DNA of 64,000 nucleotides from an uncultured Candidatus Binatia bacterium. GTDB lineage: Bacteria; Desulfobacterota; Binatia; UBA9968; JAJDTQ01. The notes under the pieces were generated by a model. That model did no database searches. It had not been told where the DNA came from and was given only the letters and a program-made list of their open reading frames with translations. The stretch lies in contig OZ251459.1 in assembly GCA_965242525.1 (NCBI GenBank), forward strand, positions 4,064,001-4,128,000, given 5' to 3'. Position 1 is the first letter of the stretch; the number at the start of each line of letters is the position of its first letter. A program made the translations under genes and the position numbers. This document shows positions 46,327 through 55,795 of this stretch, one piece after another.

Positions 46327-46974
46327 TCAGCGGGTCTCCTTCACCACCTCCATGGGCCCGGAGGCGCCTCGGCCGCCATCGGTGGTCTCCTCGGGTCCGA
46401 CCGCGAAGGTCTGGCCCGCGTTCACCATGCCGGGGGTCGCCTCTCCGGGGCCATGCCAGCGGAAGTCGGCCAGGGAGGCGCCCGATCCCTTGAGTTGGAG
46501 CGAATGGCCCGTCTGCGTGGTGTTCGATTCCCGCACGCCGATGTCCGCGGCCGCCAGCCCCTCGGCCGGTCCCGAAGCCGCGGTGAAGCCGCCTTCATAG
46601 CTCAGGAAGTGGACCACCTCGTTCTCGGGGTTGACCAGCGCGATGCCGTCCGGGGCGCCGTTCTCGATGCGGTTGATGGGAAAGGAGAGGGTCCCGTAGC
46701 CTCCCTGCTGGTCCGGGATGACACCCCCCAGCGGAATGGTCCTGTAGGGCATGCCGTTCTTGCCGTTGTAGAGCACCAGGCTCCATCCTCCGGTGTCGGT
46801 CCCCGCGGGTCCCGCCACCTCCAGTCCTTCCTCGGTGTCCGGGCCGAGGTTGTCGTAGTGGATCTCGTTGATGAATATCGTCTGCCCCCACGCGGGGAAC
46901 CCTGCGCACATGGCCATCCCCAACACCGCCGCGGCCGATACCCATCGCCAACAGGCTGTCGAACCCTTGCGCAT
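46327..46974 (-). CDS. Secreted lamin-tail-like domain protein
   Basis: Signal peptide then IFINEIHYDN...EVAGPAGTD...LVLYNG...ENGAPDGIALV...FLSYEG...ATPG, a domain usually seen on extracellular nucleases. Confidence 0.78.
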   Translation of the reverse strand: MRKGSTACWRWVSAAAVLGMAMCAGFPAWGQTIFINEIHYDNLGPDTEEGLEVAGPAGTDTGGWSLVLYNGKNGMPYRTIPLGGVIPDQQGGYGTLSFPINRIENGAPDGIALVNPENEVVHFLSYEGGFTAASGPAEGLAAADIGVRESNTTQTGHSLQLKGSGASLADFRWHGPGEATPGMVNAGQTFAVGPEETTDGGRGASGPMEVVKETR

Positions 46975-47088
46975 CTCTGCACCTCCTTCGGGCGTGATCC
47001 GTGCCGGGTCCACGAGTGTCCCGGCCCATACAGGAGATGATCGTCAGGAGCGCGGAAAACTTTAGCCCGCGCCCTCGGCGCGGAGGCC

Positions 47089-48411
47089 TCAGTCCATCAG
47101 CCCCGGCAACCACAGCACCAGCCCGGGGAAGAGGATCATGAGGGCCATGACCACGAGGTTCAAACCCACGAAGGGGAGGGCCGCCCGGTAGATGTCGCCC
47201 ATGGTGGTGCCCGGCGACGCGATCCCCTTCATGACGAAGAGGGACAGGCCGAAGGGCGGCGAGATGGTGGCCAGCTCCAGGTTGAGCAGCATGATGGCGC
47301 CGAACCACACCGGGTCCCATCCCAGGGCGTTGACGATGGGCATGTAGATGGGGATGGTCACCAGGACGATGGAGGTCTGCTCGATGAACATGCCCAGGAA
47401 CACCAGCACCACCTGCATCAGGATTAGGATGACGATGGGGTGCACCGGCAGTCCCACCACGAGGTTGGTGATGCCGGAGGTGACCCCGGTGAAGGCCAGG
47501 ACCTGGCTGAAGGCGGCGGAGCCGGTGAGTATGACCAGGACCATCACCGCGATGGAGGTGGTGGCGCCCACCGCCTCCCGGGCCACTCGCCATGTGAGCC
47601 TGCCGTAGGCCAGAGCGAGCAGGAAGCAGAGCAGCGCGCCCACGGCCGCGGCCTCCGTGGGCGTGGCGATGCCCAGGAAGATCGTCCCGATGACGATGAC
47701 GATGACGGACACGAGCGGCGCCACGTAGCGGAAGGTGTCGGCGATGCGGCGCCCCAGCGGGGTCGGCGCCACGTCGTAGGCGGGGGCCAGGGAGGGTTGG
47801 AGGGTGCACCGGATGATGATGTAGGCGGCGTACACGCAGGCCAGCAACAGGCCCGGGACGACGATGCCCACCAGCAGCTTGCCCACCGATATCTTGCCCA
47901 GGCTCGCCAGGATGACGCCCAGGGCGGTGGGCGGGATCATGATGGCGAGGCTGCCGCTGGCCAGTATGGGGCCGAACGACATGGACTTGCTGTAGCCGCG
48001 CTTTTCCATGTCCGGGGCCAGGGTGGAGCCCAGCATGGCCACGCTGCCCATGGCCACGCCGGTGAGGGTGGCGAACAGGGCCCCGGCGCCCACCGCGAGC
48101 AGGGACAGCCTGCCGGCGATGCGCCCGAGCCATTCGTCCAGCACGTCGATCATCTTGTAGGCCACGCCGGAATGGAACATGACCGCGCCCATGAGGATGA
48201 ACATGGGCACGGGCACCAGCACGAACGTGGAGATGGAGCTGTCGATGCTGAGGACGAGCTGCTGCAGGCCGATGGCGCCGCCCCAGAACACGTACACCCC
48301 GATGAGGTTCACCAGGGTGAAGGCGAAGGCCACCGGCAGTCCGATGAGGAGCAGGACGGTGAGACCGCCGAAGAAGAACAGCATGTACGCCCACCACTCC
48401 ACCGGCCTCAC
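47089..48411 (-). CDS. dctM: TRAP transporter large permease
   Basis: VPMFILMG, GSLAIMIPPT, IATPTEAAAVG, ISPPFGLSLFV. Confidence 0.93.
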   Translation of the reverse strand: MRPVEWWAYMLFFFGGLTVLLLIGLPVAFAFTLVNLIGVYVFWGGAIGLQQLVLSIDSSISTFVLVPVPMFILMGAVMFHSGVAYKMIDVLDEWLGRIAGRLSLLAVGAGALFATLTGVAMGSVAMLGSTLAPDMEKRGYSKSMSFGPILASGSLAIMIPPTALGVILASLGKISVGKLLVGIVVPGLLLACVYAAYIIIRCTLQPSLAPAYDVAPTPLGRRIADTFRYVAPLVSVIVIVIGTIFLGIATPTEAAAVGALLCFLLALAYGRLTWRVAREAVGATTSIAVMVLVILTGSAAFSQVLAFTGVTSGITNLVVGLPVHPIVILILMQVVLVFLGMFIEQTSIVLVTIPIYMPIVNALGWDPVWFGAIMLLNLELATISPPFGLSLFVMKGIASPGTTMGDIYRAALPFVGLNLVVMALMILFPGLVLWLPGLMD

Positions 48412-48412
48412 C

Positions 48413-48928
48413 TCATGGTTCGGGGTTCCTGGTCCCGGTTCCTTCGAGGGCGCGCCGCGCCCGCCGCATGAACTGCACGAAGAGGAGGAAGGTCCCCAAC
48501 GGAATGACGCCGAGGTTGATGACCCTGGGGATCTCGATCTCGGCCGGGATGAGTATGCCCCGCTGCCAGGAGGTGAACGATTCCATGGCGCCGTACACGG
48601 TCACCACCAGGCAGATGAGCGCGCCGATGACGGAGTTGACGCACGTGAGCCAGCGCCGGGAGTCGGGCCGGAGCCGGGAGACCAGGATGTCGATGGTGAC
48701 GTGCTCTTCCCTGCGGAGCACCCAGGCTGCGCCCAGGAACGCGATATAGACCAGCAGCGTGCCGCTGATCTGGTCCACCCCGATCAGGCCTTCCCGGAGA
48801 CCGTACCGGAAGAAGACCTTGACGGAGGTCAGGAGCATGACGGCCACCAAGAGCGCGCCCGCCAACGCCGCGCCCAGGTCCAGGATGGAATCGAAGAGGC
48901 GGGCGATCTTGTTCTTGCCGGCCGTCAT
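48413..48928 (-). CDS. dctQ: TRAP transporter small permease
   Basis: Four TM segments; FLGAAWVLRREEHVTID. Confidence 0.9.
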   Translation of the reverse strand: MTAGKNKIARLFDSILDLGAALAGALLVAVMLLTSVKVFFRYGLREGLIGVDQISGTLLVYIAFLGAAWVLRREEHVTIDILVSRLRPDSRRWLTCVNSVIGALICLVVTVYGAMESFTSWQRGILIPAEIEIPRVINLGVIPLGTFLLFVQFMRRARRALEGTGTRNPEP

Positions 48929-48944
48929 GCGGAGACGCGGGGTC

Positions 48945-49934
48945 TCAGTCGTAGCCCATGAGCTTTCTCGCCTTGGCGTGGTCGTCGGCGCTCATCACGG
49001 TCTTGAAATGGGCCCACAGGGCGTCGTTGGAGGTCTTGGCCCAGTTCCTGGCCTCGGCGTCCGAGAACTTGATGACCTTCATGCCGGCCTTCTTCATGGT
49101 GGCCAACTGGAAGCCCTGGTGCGCGGACATCCACCCGCGGGACCATTGCTGGATCACCGCCACCGAGTCCATCATGACCTGCTGCACGTCCTCGGGCAGG
49201 CTGTCCCATTTCTTCTTGTTCACGGCCATGCCGATGCCGTCCCGGTACAGCGGGTGGGCGATGAGGTACTTGGACACCTTGTGCCAGCCGAAGTTGGTGA
49301 AGCCGTCGTAGTAGGGCCAGGTGAAGCCCTCCACCGTGCCCCGCTCCAGGGCCAGGTAGATCTCCGAGGGAGGCAGGGTCACCGGCTCCGCTCCCACCGC
49401 CTTGACGAAGAAGCGCGTGAGCGGCGGCACCCGCACCTTCATGCCCTTCAAGTCCGCGGGGCTGGAAACCTCCTTCTGCGTGGACATGAAATGGTTTCCG
49501 GTCTCCCGGTCCCCCGAGAAGGTGCCCAGGAACTGGATGCCCCGCTTGGCGAACATGTCGACCATGAAATCGTGAAGCTCACTGCCCGGCCCGCCGTCGG
49601 CAGGATCCAGGGGCGACAGCTCGGTCACGTACCCCGCCTTGACCACGCCCGCCCAATAGTTCAGGGCGCCGTACCAGACGTCGAAGACGCCTCTCACCAG
49701 GGCTTCGGGCTGGTCGAAGGTGGGCACGACTTCCCGCGACCCCCTGAAGTTGATGACCACCTTGCCGTTGGCCCGCCGGTTCACCTCTTCCATGTAGCGG
49801 ACGCCGATGTCCGCCGCGGAGGAGACTCCCGGAGGCCAGGACCCCACCATGTTCAGCTTGACCTGGGCCAACGCGGTCCCGCACCAAGCCAGCAACGCCG
49901 CCGCGAATACACTGACGAACAGGTTCCGTTTCAT
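48945..49934 (-). CDS. dctP: TRAP transporter substrate-binding protein
   Basis: Signal peptide; DLKGMKVRV; EIYLALERGTVEG; WDSLPEDVQ. Confidence 0.92.
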   Translation of the reverse strand: MKRNLFVSVFAAALLAWCGTALAQVKLNMVGSWPPGVSSAADIGVRYMEEVNRRANGKVVINFRGSREVVPTFDQPEALVRGVFDVWYGALNYWAGVVKAGYVTELSPLDPADGGPGSELHDFMVDMFAKRGIQFLGTFSGDRETGNHFMSTQKEVSSPADLKGMKVRVPPLTRFFVKAVGAEPVTLPPSEIYLALERGTVEGFTWPYYDGFTNFGWHKVSKYLIAHPLYRDGIGMAVNKKKWDSLPEDVQQVMMDSVAVIQQWSRGWMSAHQGFQLATMKKAGMKVIKFSDAEARNWAKTSNDALWAHFKTVMSADDHAKARKLMGYD

Positions 49935-50092
49935 CTTTCGCTCCTCCCTTCAGGGCGCCTTGCAGGGGCGCCGTAACCGACAGATCGACGATCCCCGGGG
50001 AACTCCGCCCGCTCCCCGGAGGACCGAACCGATTACACCTTTTTGTCGGGGGGCTGTCAACATCTTCCCGTTTTCCGCGACCGGCAGGGGGT

Positions 50093-50704
50093 TCACGACC
50101 GGAACATGGCGGGCACGTACCGGGGCGCGCCCAGGGCGTCCATGAACCGCTGCTTGATGACGGGCGGGTTCAACGGAAAGGCGGGCGTCGCCGGAGCCAC
50201 GTCGGGCGCGGTGGCCAGCACCAGGACGCAGGGGCCGCCCCGCTCTTCCAGGGCGGGCGGCAGCAGCGCCCGGAAGGCTTCCACGGAACCCACGCGCTCG
50301 GTCCTCTCGACGCCGGCCGAGCGCGCCAGGTCGGCAAAGTCCAGGTCCGTGCTCGTCAACGGCTGCCCCCCGGAGGCCGCGTGCACGTTGTTGTGCACCA
50401 GCAGGACCGTGAGGTTCCGGGGCGCCACCGACCCCACCGTCACCAAGGCTCCCAGGTGCATCAGCAGCCCGCCGTCGCCCTCCACCACTACCACGCGCTC
50501 GTGCGGCCGGGACACCGCCAGACCCAGGGCCAAGGGAAGCGCCAGTCCCATGGCGTCTTCCAGGTAGAAGTTCTCCGGACGGTCGCAGACGTTGGACCAG
50601 ACGTAGGAGGCGTTGCCCAGGGAGGTCACCACCAGGGTCTCGGCCGAAATGCATTCGGCGAGGACACGGTAATAGGCTTCCCGCGCGGGTCTCGCTTCAC
50701 TCAC
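50093..50704 (-). CDS. ThDP-dependent decarboxylase beta subunit (sulfopyruvate decarboxylase ComE-like)
   Basis: AMGLALPLALGLA, EGDGGLLM...HNN ThDP motif, SGGQP; GTG start overlapping the alpha-subunit stop. Confidence 0.82.
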   Translation of the reverse strand: MSEARPAREAYYRVLAECISAETLVVTSLGNASYVWSNVCDRPENFYLEDAMGLALPLALGLAVSRPHERVVVVEGDGGLLMHLGALVTVGSVAPRNLTVLLVHNNVHAASGGQPLTSTDLDFADLARSAGVERTERVGSVEAFRALLPPALEERGGPCVLVLATAPDVAPATPAFPLNPPVIKQRFMDALGAPRYVPAMFRS

Positions 50705-51212
50705 AGCGGATGTCCTCGCCGTCCAGCAGCAGCACGAAGGGCGCGGAGCCTTCCTCGGCGTAGGCCGCGGCCCGTTCGACCTGGACGCCGATGGGCGTCT
50801 CCGGGTCGGCAACCGCGTAGGAAATCCCGTAGGCCCGGAGGACCGGCTCGGTGGCCCGCCCCTTGGGGATGTGGTAGAAGACCGGGTCCCGGGCAGACCC
50901 GCGGTAGGAGGCCAGGATGAGCACGGGGAACTGGTAGCGCTGGGCCAGGCACACCATGCCCGCGCCCATGGTCAGCATCCCCACGTTCTGGATCAGCAGG
51001 ACCGTGCGCGCGCCCCCGAGCCGCGCGCCGCAGGAAACGGCGAGGGCCTCTTCCTCATGGGTGGCCCGGATGAGCGTCATGTGGGGGTCCTGCTCGACCT
51101 TCTCCATGATCCCTCCGAGCCAGCTATCGGGAACGGAGACGGCGACCGTCACCCCGGCCCGCTTCAGGGCCGCGAACAGTTCGATCGGGCGATGAGGGTC
51201 TTTTTCGCTCAT
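50697..51212 (-). CDS. ThDP-dependent decarboxylase alpha subunit (ComD-like)
   Basis: VSVPDSWL, THEEEALAVSCGA, LIQNVG, SYRG. Confidence 0.82.
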   Translation of the reverse strand: MSEKDPHRPIELFAALKRAGVTVAVSVPDSWLGGIMEKVEQDPHMTLIRATHEEEALAVSCGARLGGARTVLLIQNVGMLTMGAGMVCLAQRYQFPVLILASYRGSARDPVFYHIPKGRATEPVLRAYGISYAVADPETPIGVQVERAAAYAEEGSAPFVLLLDGEDIRCE

Positions 51213-51352
51213 GGAATCGGTTTCGCAGCAAGGGTTTCCCGCGCGGGACCGCCGCCGGTTTTGCCGTGTCCCTTCGGGCAGCCCCCGAAGCATAGCCCAC
51301 GCGGTTGCGGATGACAACGAAGGGCGGCGCCGGAAGCCGCGGAGGTGAAGCC

Positions 51353-52234
51353 ATGCGGGTCTTCGCCCTGTCGGACGTGCACGTGGACTACCCGGAGAAC
51401 ATGGAGCGCATGCGGCGTCTTTCCGGCAGTCGATACCTGCGCGACACGCTGCTGCTGGCCGGGGACGTGAGCCACGACCTCGCAAAGCTCGCGGACGTCC
51501 TCCGCTGTCTCCGCGGGAAGTTCGCCCACGTCTTCTTCGTGCCCGGGAACCACGACCTGTGGATCGGGCGCGGCGAGGCCGGCGATTCCACCGCCAAGTT
51601 CCGCAAGGTCCTGCGGTTGTGCGCCGAGCTCGCCGTCGCCACGAGCCCGGCCAAGGTGGCCTCCGGTCCCGACGACCCCGGCGCCTGGGTGGTGCCGCTG
51701 TTCTCGTGGTACGTCAAGCCGGAACAGGGCGCCGCCAGCCTGTTCGTCCCCAGGGAGGACGACGACGCGAGCCTCTCCCTGTGGGCCGACGAGGTGCGCA
51801 CCCGGTGGCCGGAACGCCTGTCCGTGGCGGACTATTTCCTGGACATGAACGAGCCCCACCGCAACCGGCGCTACGACGCCCCGGTCCTGTCGTTCAGCCA
51901 CTTCCTGCCCAGGAGGGAGTTGATGTTCCGGCCGTCGTCCGCGGCCCTGCCCGCCCGCGCCGGGCGCTTCCGGCGGTTCAACTTCAGCAGGGTCGCGGGC
52001 GCCGCGCGGCTCGACGTCCAGATCCGCGCGCTGGGCTCCGTCCTCCACGTCTATGGCCATCAACACCGAAACCGCGACCGGGTCATCGACGGCCTGCGTT
52101 ACGTCTCCAACTGCCTGGGCTACCCGCGCGAACGCGCCCGCAGCGGCTTCACCGGCGCCCCCCGAAACCCCAGGCTCGTCTGGGACACCGGGTGGAAGCC
52201 GCGCGTACGGGCGTTGGTGCATAGGAAACCCTGA
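51353..52234 (+). CDS. Calcineurin-like metallophosphoesterase
   Basis: LSDVH, LAGDV, VPGNHDLW, FSHFLP, VYGHQH, LGYPRE. Confidence 0.9.
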   Translation: MRVFALSDVHVDYPENMERMRRLSGSRYLRDTLLLAGDVSHDLAKLADVLRCLRGKFAHVFFVPGNHDLWIGRGEAGDSTAKFRKVLRLCAELAVATSPAKVASGPDDPGAWVVPLFSWYVKPEQGAASLFVPREDDDASLSLWADEVRTRWPERLSVADYFLDMNEPHRNRRYDAPVLSFSHFLPRRELMFRPSSAALPARAGRFRRFNFSRVAGAARLDVQIRALGSVLHVYGHQHRNRDRVIDGLRYVSNCLGYPRERARSGFTGAPRNPRLVWDTGWKPRVRALVHRKP

Positions 52235-52263
52235 ACAATTCCGGCTCGATCCCTGTGGGAAAG

Positions 52264-52304
52264 CGCGTCCTTCGACTTCGCTTCGCTACGCTCAGGACGA
52301 ACGG
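52264..52304 (-). repeat. REP-like palindrome, copy 5
   Basis: Reverse complement of the 41-bp unit. Confidence 0.9.
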
Positions 52305-52575
52305 GGTACTCGTTCAGGGTTTCCCCATGGGGAGTGACGCAGTGGCGCCGCATCCCCACGCGGGAGCCGCGCGTCCGGGCGTCGGTGGCCGGGAGGAACG
52401 GGGCGTGAACGTGGAACACCACCGGCCGGCGGAAGGCCGCCCCGTTCCGGGGATCGTGGAGTAGCCTCTGGACAACGTTCCCCGTTCCATGGAGTAGCCC
52501 GAGTCCGGCGGAGTGGTCTGGTTGGAAGATTCCAATGACCCCCGTTCCATGGAGTAGCCTCTGGACAACACCCCC

Positions 52576-52616
52576 CCGTTCGTCCTGAGCGTAGCGAAGC
52601 GAAGTCGAAGGACGCG
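52576..52616 (+). repeat. REP-like palindrome, copy 6
   Basis: Exact 41-bp unit, inverted relative to copy 5. Confidence 0.9.
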
Positions 52617-52658
52617 CGGCATTACGTGGTTTTGCCGTCGGCCGGGAAGGAGCATGAC

Positions 52659-52988
52659 ATGCAGTTCGTTCGCCTGTTCACCGGAGACGACGGCCGGTCC
52701 CACTTTGAGGACCTGGACACCGGCGCCCAAGGCGGGTACTTCTTCGAGACCCTGCCGGCAACGGGGCTGGTCCTCAAGAACGATCCGGCCACCCATCTGG
52801 GCGACTTTCACAACGCCCCGCGCCGGCAGTACTGCATCACCCTGTCGGGCTCCGCGGAGGTCCGGGTGGGCGGCGGCGCGTCGCGGACGTTCGTTGCCGG
52901 CGACGTCTTCCTCGCCGAGGACGTCACCGGAGAGGGCCACGCCCTGGTCCCGGACAACTGGGTCAGGGCGTTCATCCACCTGGACTAG
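52659..52988 (+). CDS. Cupin-like protein
   Basis: RLFTGDDGRSHFED...FHNAPRRQYCITLSG...GDVFLAEDVTGEGH. Confidence 0.82.
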   Translation: MQFVRLFTGDDGRSHFEDLDTGAQGGYFFETLPATGLVLKNDPATHLGDFHNAPRRQYCITLSGSAEVRVGGGASRTFVAGDVFLAEDVTGEGHALVPDNWVRAFIHLD

Positions 52989-53092
52989 CCGCCTGCCTCC
53001 CGCTCCCTCCGCTTGCATCTCGAATCCCGCAGGGTCAATATCCACGTGGAAGATCCACGAGTGCGAAGCCGCGAACACGAAGGAGACGAGAC

Positions 53093-53611
53093 ATGGGTAC
53101 AACGGAACGAAGCGAGACGCCGATCAAGGTCAGGAAGATCGGGCACGTGGTGTTCAACGTCAGCGACGTGGAGCGCAGCACCCGGTTCTGGACGGAGATC
53201 ATGGGGTTCAAGGTGTCCGACGTGAACGAGCGGGGCATGGTGTTCCTGCGGAACGCCTCGGACCACCATTCCATTGCGCTCTTTCCGTCGAAGGAGGACA
53301 AGGGCCGGCCCGAGCCGGACCAGGTGGCGTTCAACCATTGCGCCCTGGAGGTGGGAAGCGTCTCCGAGTTGTTCGCGATCCGCGACTTCCTGAAGGCCAG
53401 GGGAGTCCCGATCCTGTACGAGGGCCGCAGGGGGCCGGGCTGCAACCCCGGGGTGGAGTTCACCGATCCCGACGGTTTCCAGATCGAGGTGTATGCGTCC
53501 ATGGACCAGATCGGTTGGGAGGGCGCGAGCCGGCCCGCGGAGCAGTGGTCCCGGGCCGCCTCCCTCGAGGAAGTGCTGGAGAAGCCCATACCCGGTGTCG
53601 CCTACGACTGA
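53093..53611 (+). CDS. VOC family protein (glyoxalase/extradiol dioxygenase-like)
   Basis: KIGHVVFNVSDVERS...DHHSIAL...NHCALEV...FTDPDGFQIE. Confidence 0.9.
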   Translation: MGTTERSETPIKVRKIGHVVFNVSDVERSTRFWTEIMGFKVSDVNERGMVFLRNASDHHSIALFPSKEDKGRPEPDQVAFNHCALEVGSVSELFAIRDFLKARGVPILYEGRRGPGCNPGVEFTDPDGFQIEVYASMDQIGWEGASRPAEQWSRAASLEEVLEKPIPGVAYD

Positions 53612-53724
53612 TCCATCCCCGAGCGAGGTTTCTTTCGGCGCGCGCTCCCGGCCCCGGGCGGTGCGGAGCCGCGCACGTGGGCTCCCGCGCCTTGGTCCCC
53701 GCCCGCGGAGCGGTTGAGGACGCC

Positions 53725-55035
53725 ATGGCGGTGGACGTGATCATGCCGGCCATGGGGGCCACCCAGGAAACCGGCCGTCTGGTGCGCTGGCTCAAGCAGG
53801 AGGGGGAGCCCGTGGTCGAGGGCGAGGCGCTGATGGAGGTGGAGACCGACAAGTCCGTGGTGGAGGTGGAGGCGCCGGCCTCCGGCGTCCTTGCCCGCGT
53901 CGCCGCATCCCCGGGCGACGACGTCCCGGTGGGACGCACCATCGCGCTCATCCTCCGGCCGGACGAGGCCCCGTCCCCATCGGGCGAAGCGCCCCGCGGT
54001 CGCCGTGGCGTTGCGTCGGCCCGTCGGGACGCACAGCCGGAACAACTCCTCGAGATGCTTGGGCGTGGCCCCGCGTCGGCGCGTCGGGACTCCTCCCCGG
54101 GCGGGGAAACGCCTGCGCGGCCTCCGCGGCCGCGCGCGGCGTCGGACCGGAAGGCGAAGAAGCCCGCATCCCGCGCAGCCGCGGCGTCCGCGTCCGCTCC
54201 CCGCGGCGCCACGGGCCGGAAGCCGGCTTCTCCCGCGGCCCGGCGGCTGGCCGTGGAGAAGGGCGTGGACCTCGCCCGGGTGACGGGCGCCGGACCGGAA
54301 GGCGCGGTGCTGGCTCGGGACGTGCTGTCCGCGGCCTCGGGCGCCTCCACGGCCGTCGCCTCCGACCCCGCGGTCGGGTACGTCCCGCTCCACCGCATGC
54401 GGCGCGTCATCGGCGAGCGCATGGCGTGGAGCAAGCAGACGGCGCCGCACTTCTACCTCAACATGGACGTGGACATGACCGCCGTCGAGGTCCGGCGCAG
54501 CGCGTTGCAGCAGCAGGGGGTTCGGCCGGCGCCGTCCATCAACGACTTCGTTCTCGGAGCGGTGAGCCGGGCGCTGTCGGAGTCCCCCGCCATGAACGCG
54601 GTATGGACGGACCGCGGGGTCGAGCGGTTCGCGGAGGTGGACCTCGGGGTCGCGGTGGCGCTGGAGGACGGCCTGGTCGCGCCGGTGATCCGGAACGCCG
54701 ACAGGCTCGGCCTCCACGAACTGGCCCGGCGCAGCCGTGAGCTCGCAAACCGGGCCCGGAGCGGGAAGCTCGCTCCCGCGGACTGCGAAGGCGGCGCCTT
54801 CACCGTGTCCAACCTCGGTATGTTCGGCGTGGACAGCTTCGCCGCCATCATCAACCCGCCGCAAAGCGGCATCCTGGCCGTGGGCCGGGTGGCCCCCCGA
54901 GTGGTTCCCCGCGGCGAAGACATCGCCGTCCGCCCCATGATGACCATGACCCTATCCGCGGACCACCGCGTGGTGGACGGCGCCATCGGCGCCCGCTTCC
55001 TCCAGCGAGTCAAGCAGCGCCTGGAGGAGCCGTGA
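53725..55035 (+). CDS. Dihydrolipoamide acyltransferase (E2) family protein
   Basis: Lipoyl EVETDKSVVEVEAP; subunit-binding ASPAARRLA; catalytic DHRVVDG. Confidence 0.92.
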   Translation: MAVDVIMPAMGATQETGRLVRWLKQEGEPVVEGEALMEVETDKSVVEVEAPASGVLARVAASPGDDVPVGRTIALILRPDEAPSPSGEAPRGRRGVASARRDAQPEQLLEMLGRGPASARRDSSPGGETPARPPRPRAASDRKAKKPASRAAAASASAPRGATGRKPASPAARRLAVEKGVDLARVTGAGPEGAVLARDVLSAASGASTAVASDPAVGYVPLHRMRRVIGERMAWSKQTAPHFYLNMDVDMTAVEVRRSALQQQGVRPAPSINDFVLGAVSRALSESPAMNAVWTDRGVERFAEVDLGVAVALEDGLVAPVIRNADRLGLHELARRSRELANRARSGKLAPADCEGGAFTVSNLGMFGVDSFAAIINPPQSGILAVGRVAPRVVPRGEDIAVRPMMTMTLSADHRVVDGAIGARFLQRVKQRLEEP

Positions 55036-55144
55036 CCGTCACGCCCGCCATCGCTGTCTCGATGGCAGGTTCCGAGTCCCACCGCTTCTCCCGGGATTGC
55101 CGAAGTGGTTTACGGCAGGGTCCACCAGCGCAGAGGCGGGTGCG

Positions 55145-55795
55145 ATGACGGAACTGACGACAGAGTCGCTCAAGGCTGAGGCCAGGGCGTTCGCCCGTAG
55201 AGAGTCCCGTCACAGAGAGCCGTCTCTGTATGGAGTGACGGACGGCAAAGCTGTCGGGACGTACTTCGAGCACAAGTTCCGCGACTACCTGAGCCGCAAG
55301 TATGACTTCGCCGAAGGCTCGTCAGCCAAGGGCATCGACTTTCCTGCACTCAACGTGGACATGAAGGTCACCAGCGCCAAACAGCCCCAGTCGTCGTGTC
55401 CGTACAAGTCGGCGCGACAGAAGATCTACGGGCTTGGCTACTCTCTCCTGGTGTTCGTTTACGAGAAACACGAGGACGACGAGTCCCGGACGGGTCGGCT
55501 GGAAATCGTGCATGTGGTGTTCGTCGAGGCAAGCCGCACGGCCGACTTCCAGACCACGACGGGCATCGTGGACATCTTGTCGAAGCAGGGCAACAAGGAC
55601 GACCTCGTTGCTTTCATGACGGATCGAATGCTCCCCGTGGACGACATCGGAGCGTCCAACCTTGCCGACGAGTTGCTGTCCAACCCGCCTGATATCGGCT
55701 ACCTGACGATTTCCAACGCGCTGCAGTGGCGGCTGCAATACAGCCGTATCATCGAACGGGCGGACAGCGTATCCGGGGTCTTGCGTTTGCGATGA
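55145..55795 (+). CDS. Putative type II restriction endonuclease
   Basis: GVTDGKAVGTYFE...GIDFP...VDMKVTS (PD-(D/E)xK-like), ISNALQWRLQY; coupled to a methyltransferase. Confidence 0.75.
   Translation: MTELTTESLKAEARAFARRESRHREPSLYGVTDGKAVGTYFEHKFRDYLSRKYDFAEGSSAKGIDFPALNVDMKVTSAKQPQSSCPYKSARQKIYGLGYSLLVFVYEKHEDDESRTGRLEIVHVVFVEASRTADFQTTTGIVDILSKQGNKDDLVAFMTDRMLPVDDIGASNLADELLSNPPDIGYLTISNALQWRLQYSRIIERADSVSGVLRLR

Noticed and set aside
52440-52570. Direct repeats as a mini-CRISPR
   Set aside because: Irregular spacing, only two or three degenerate units, embedded in REP elements.
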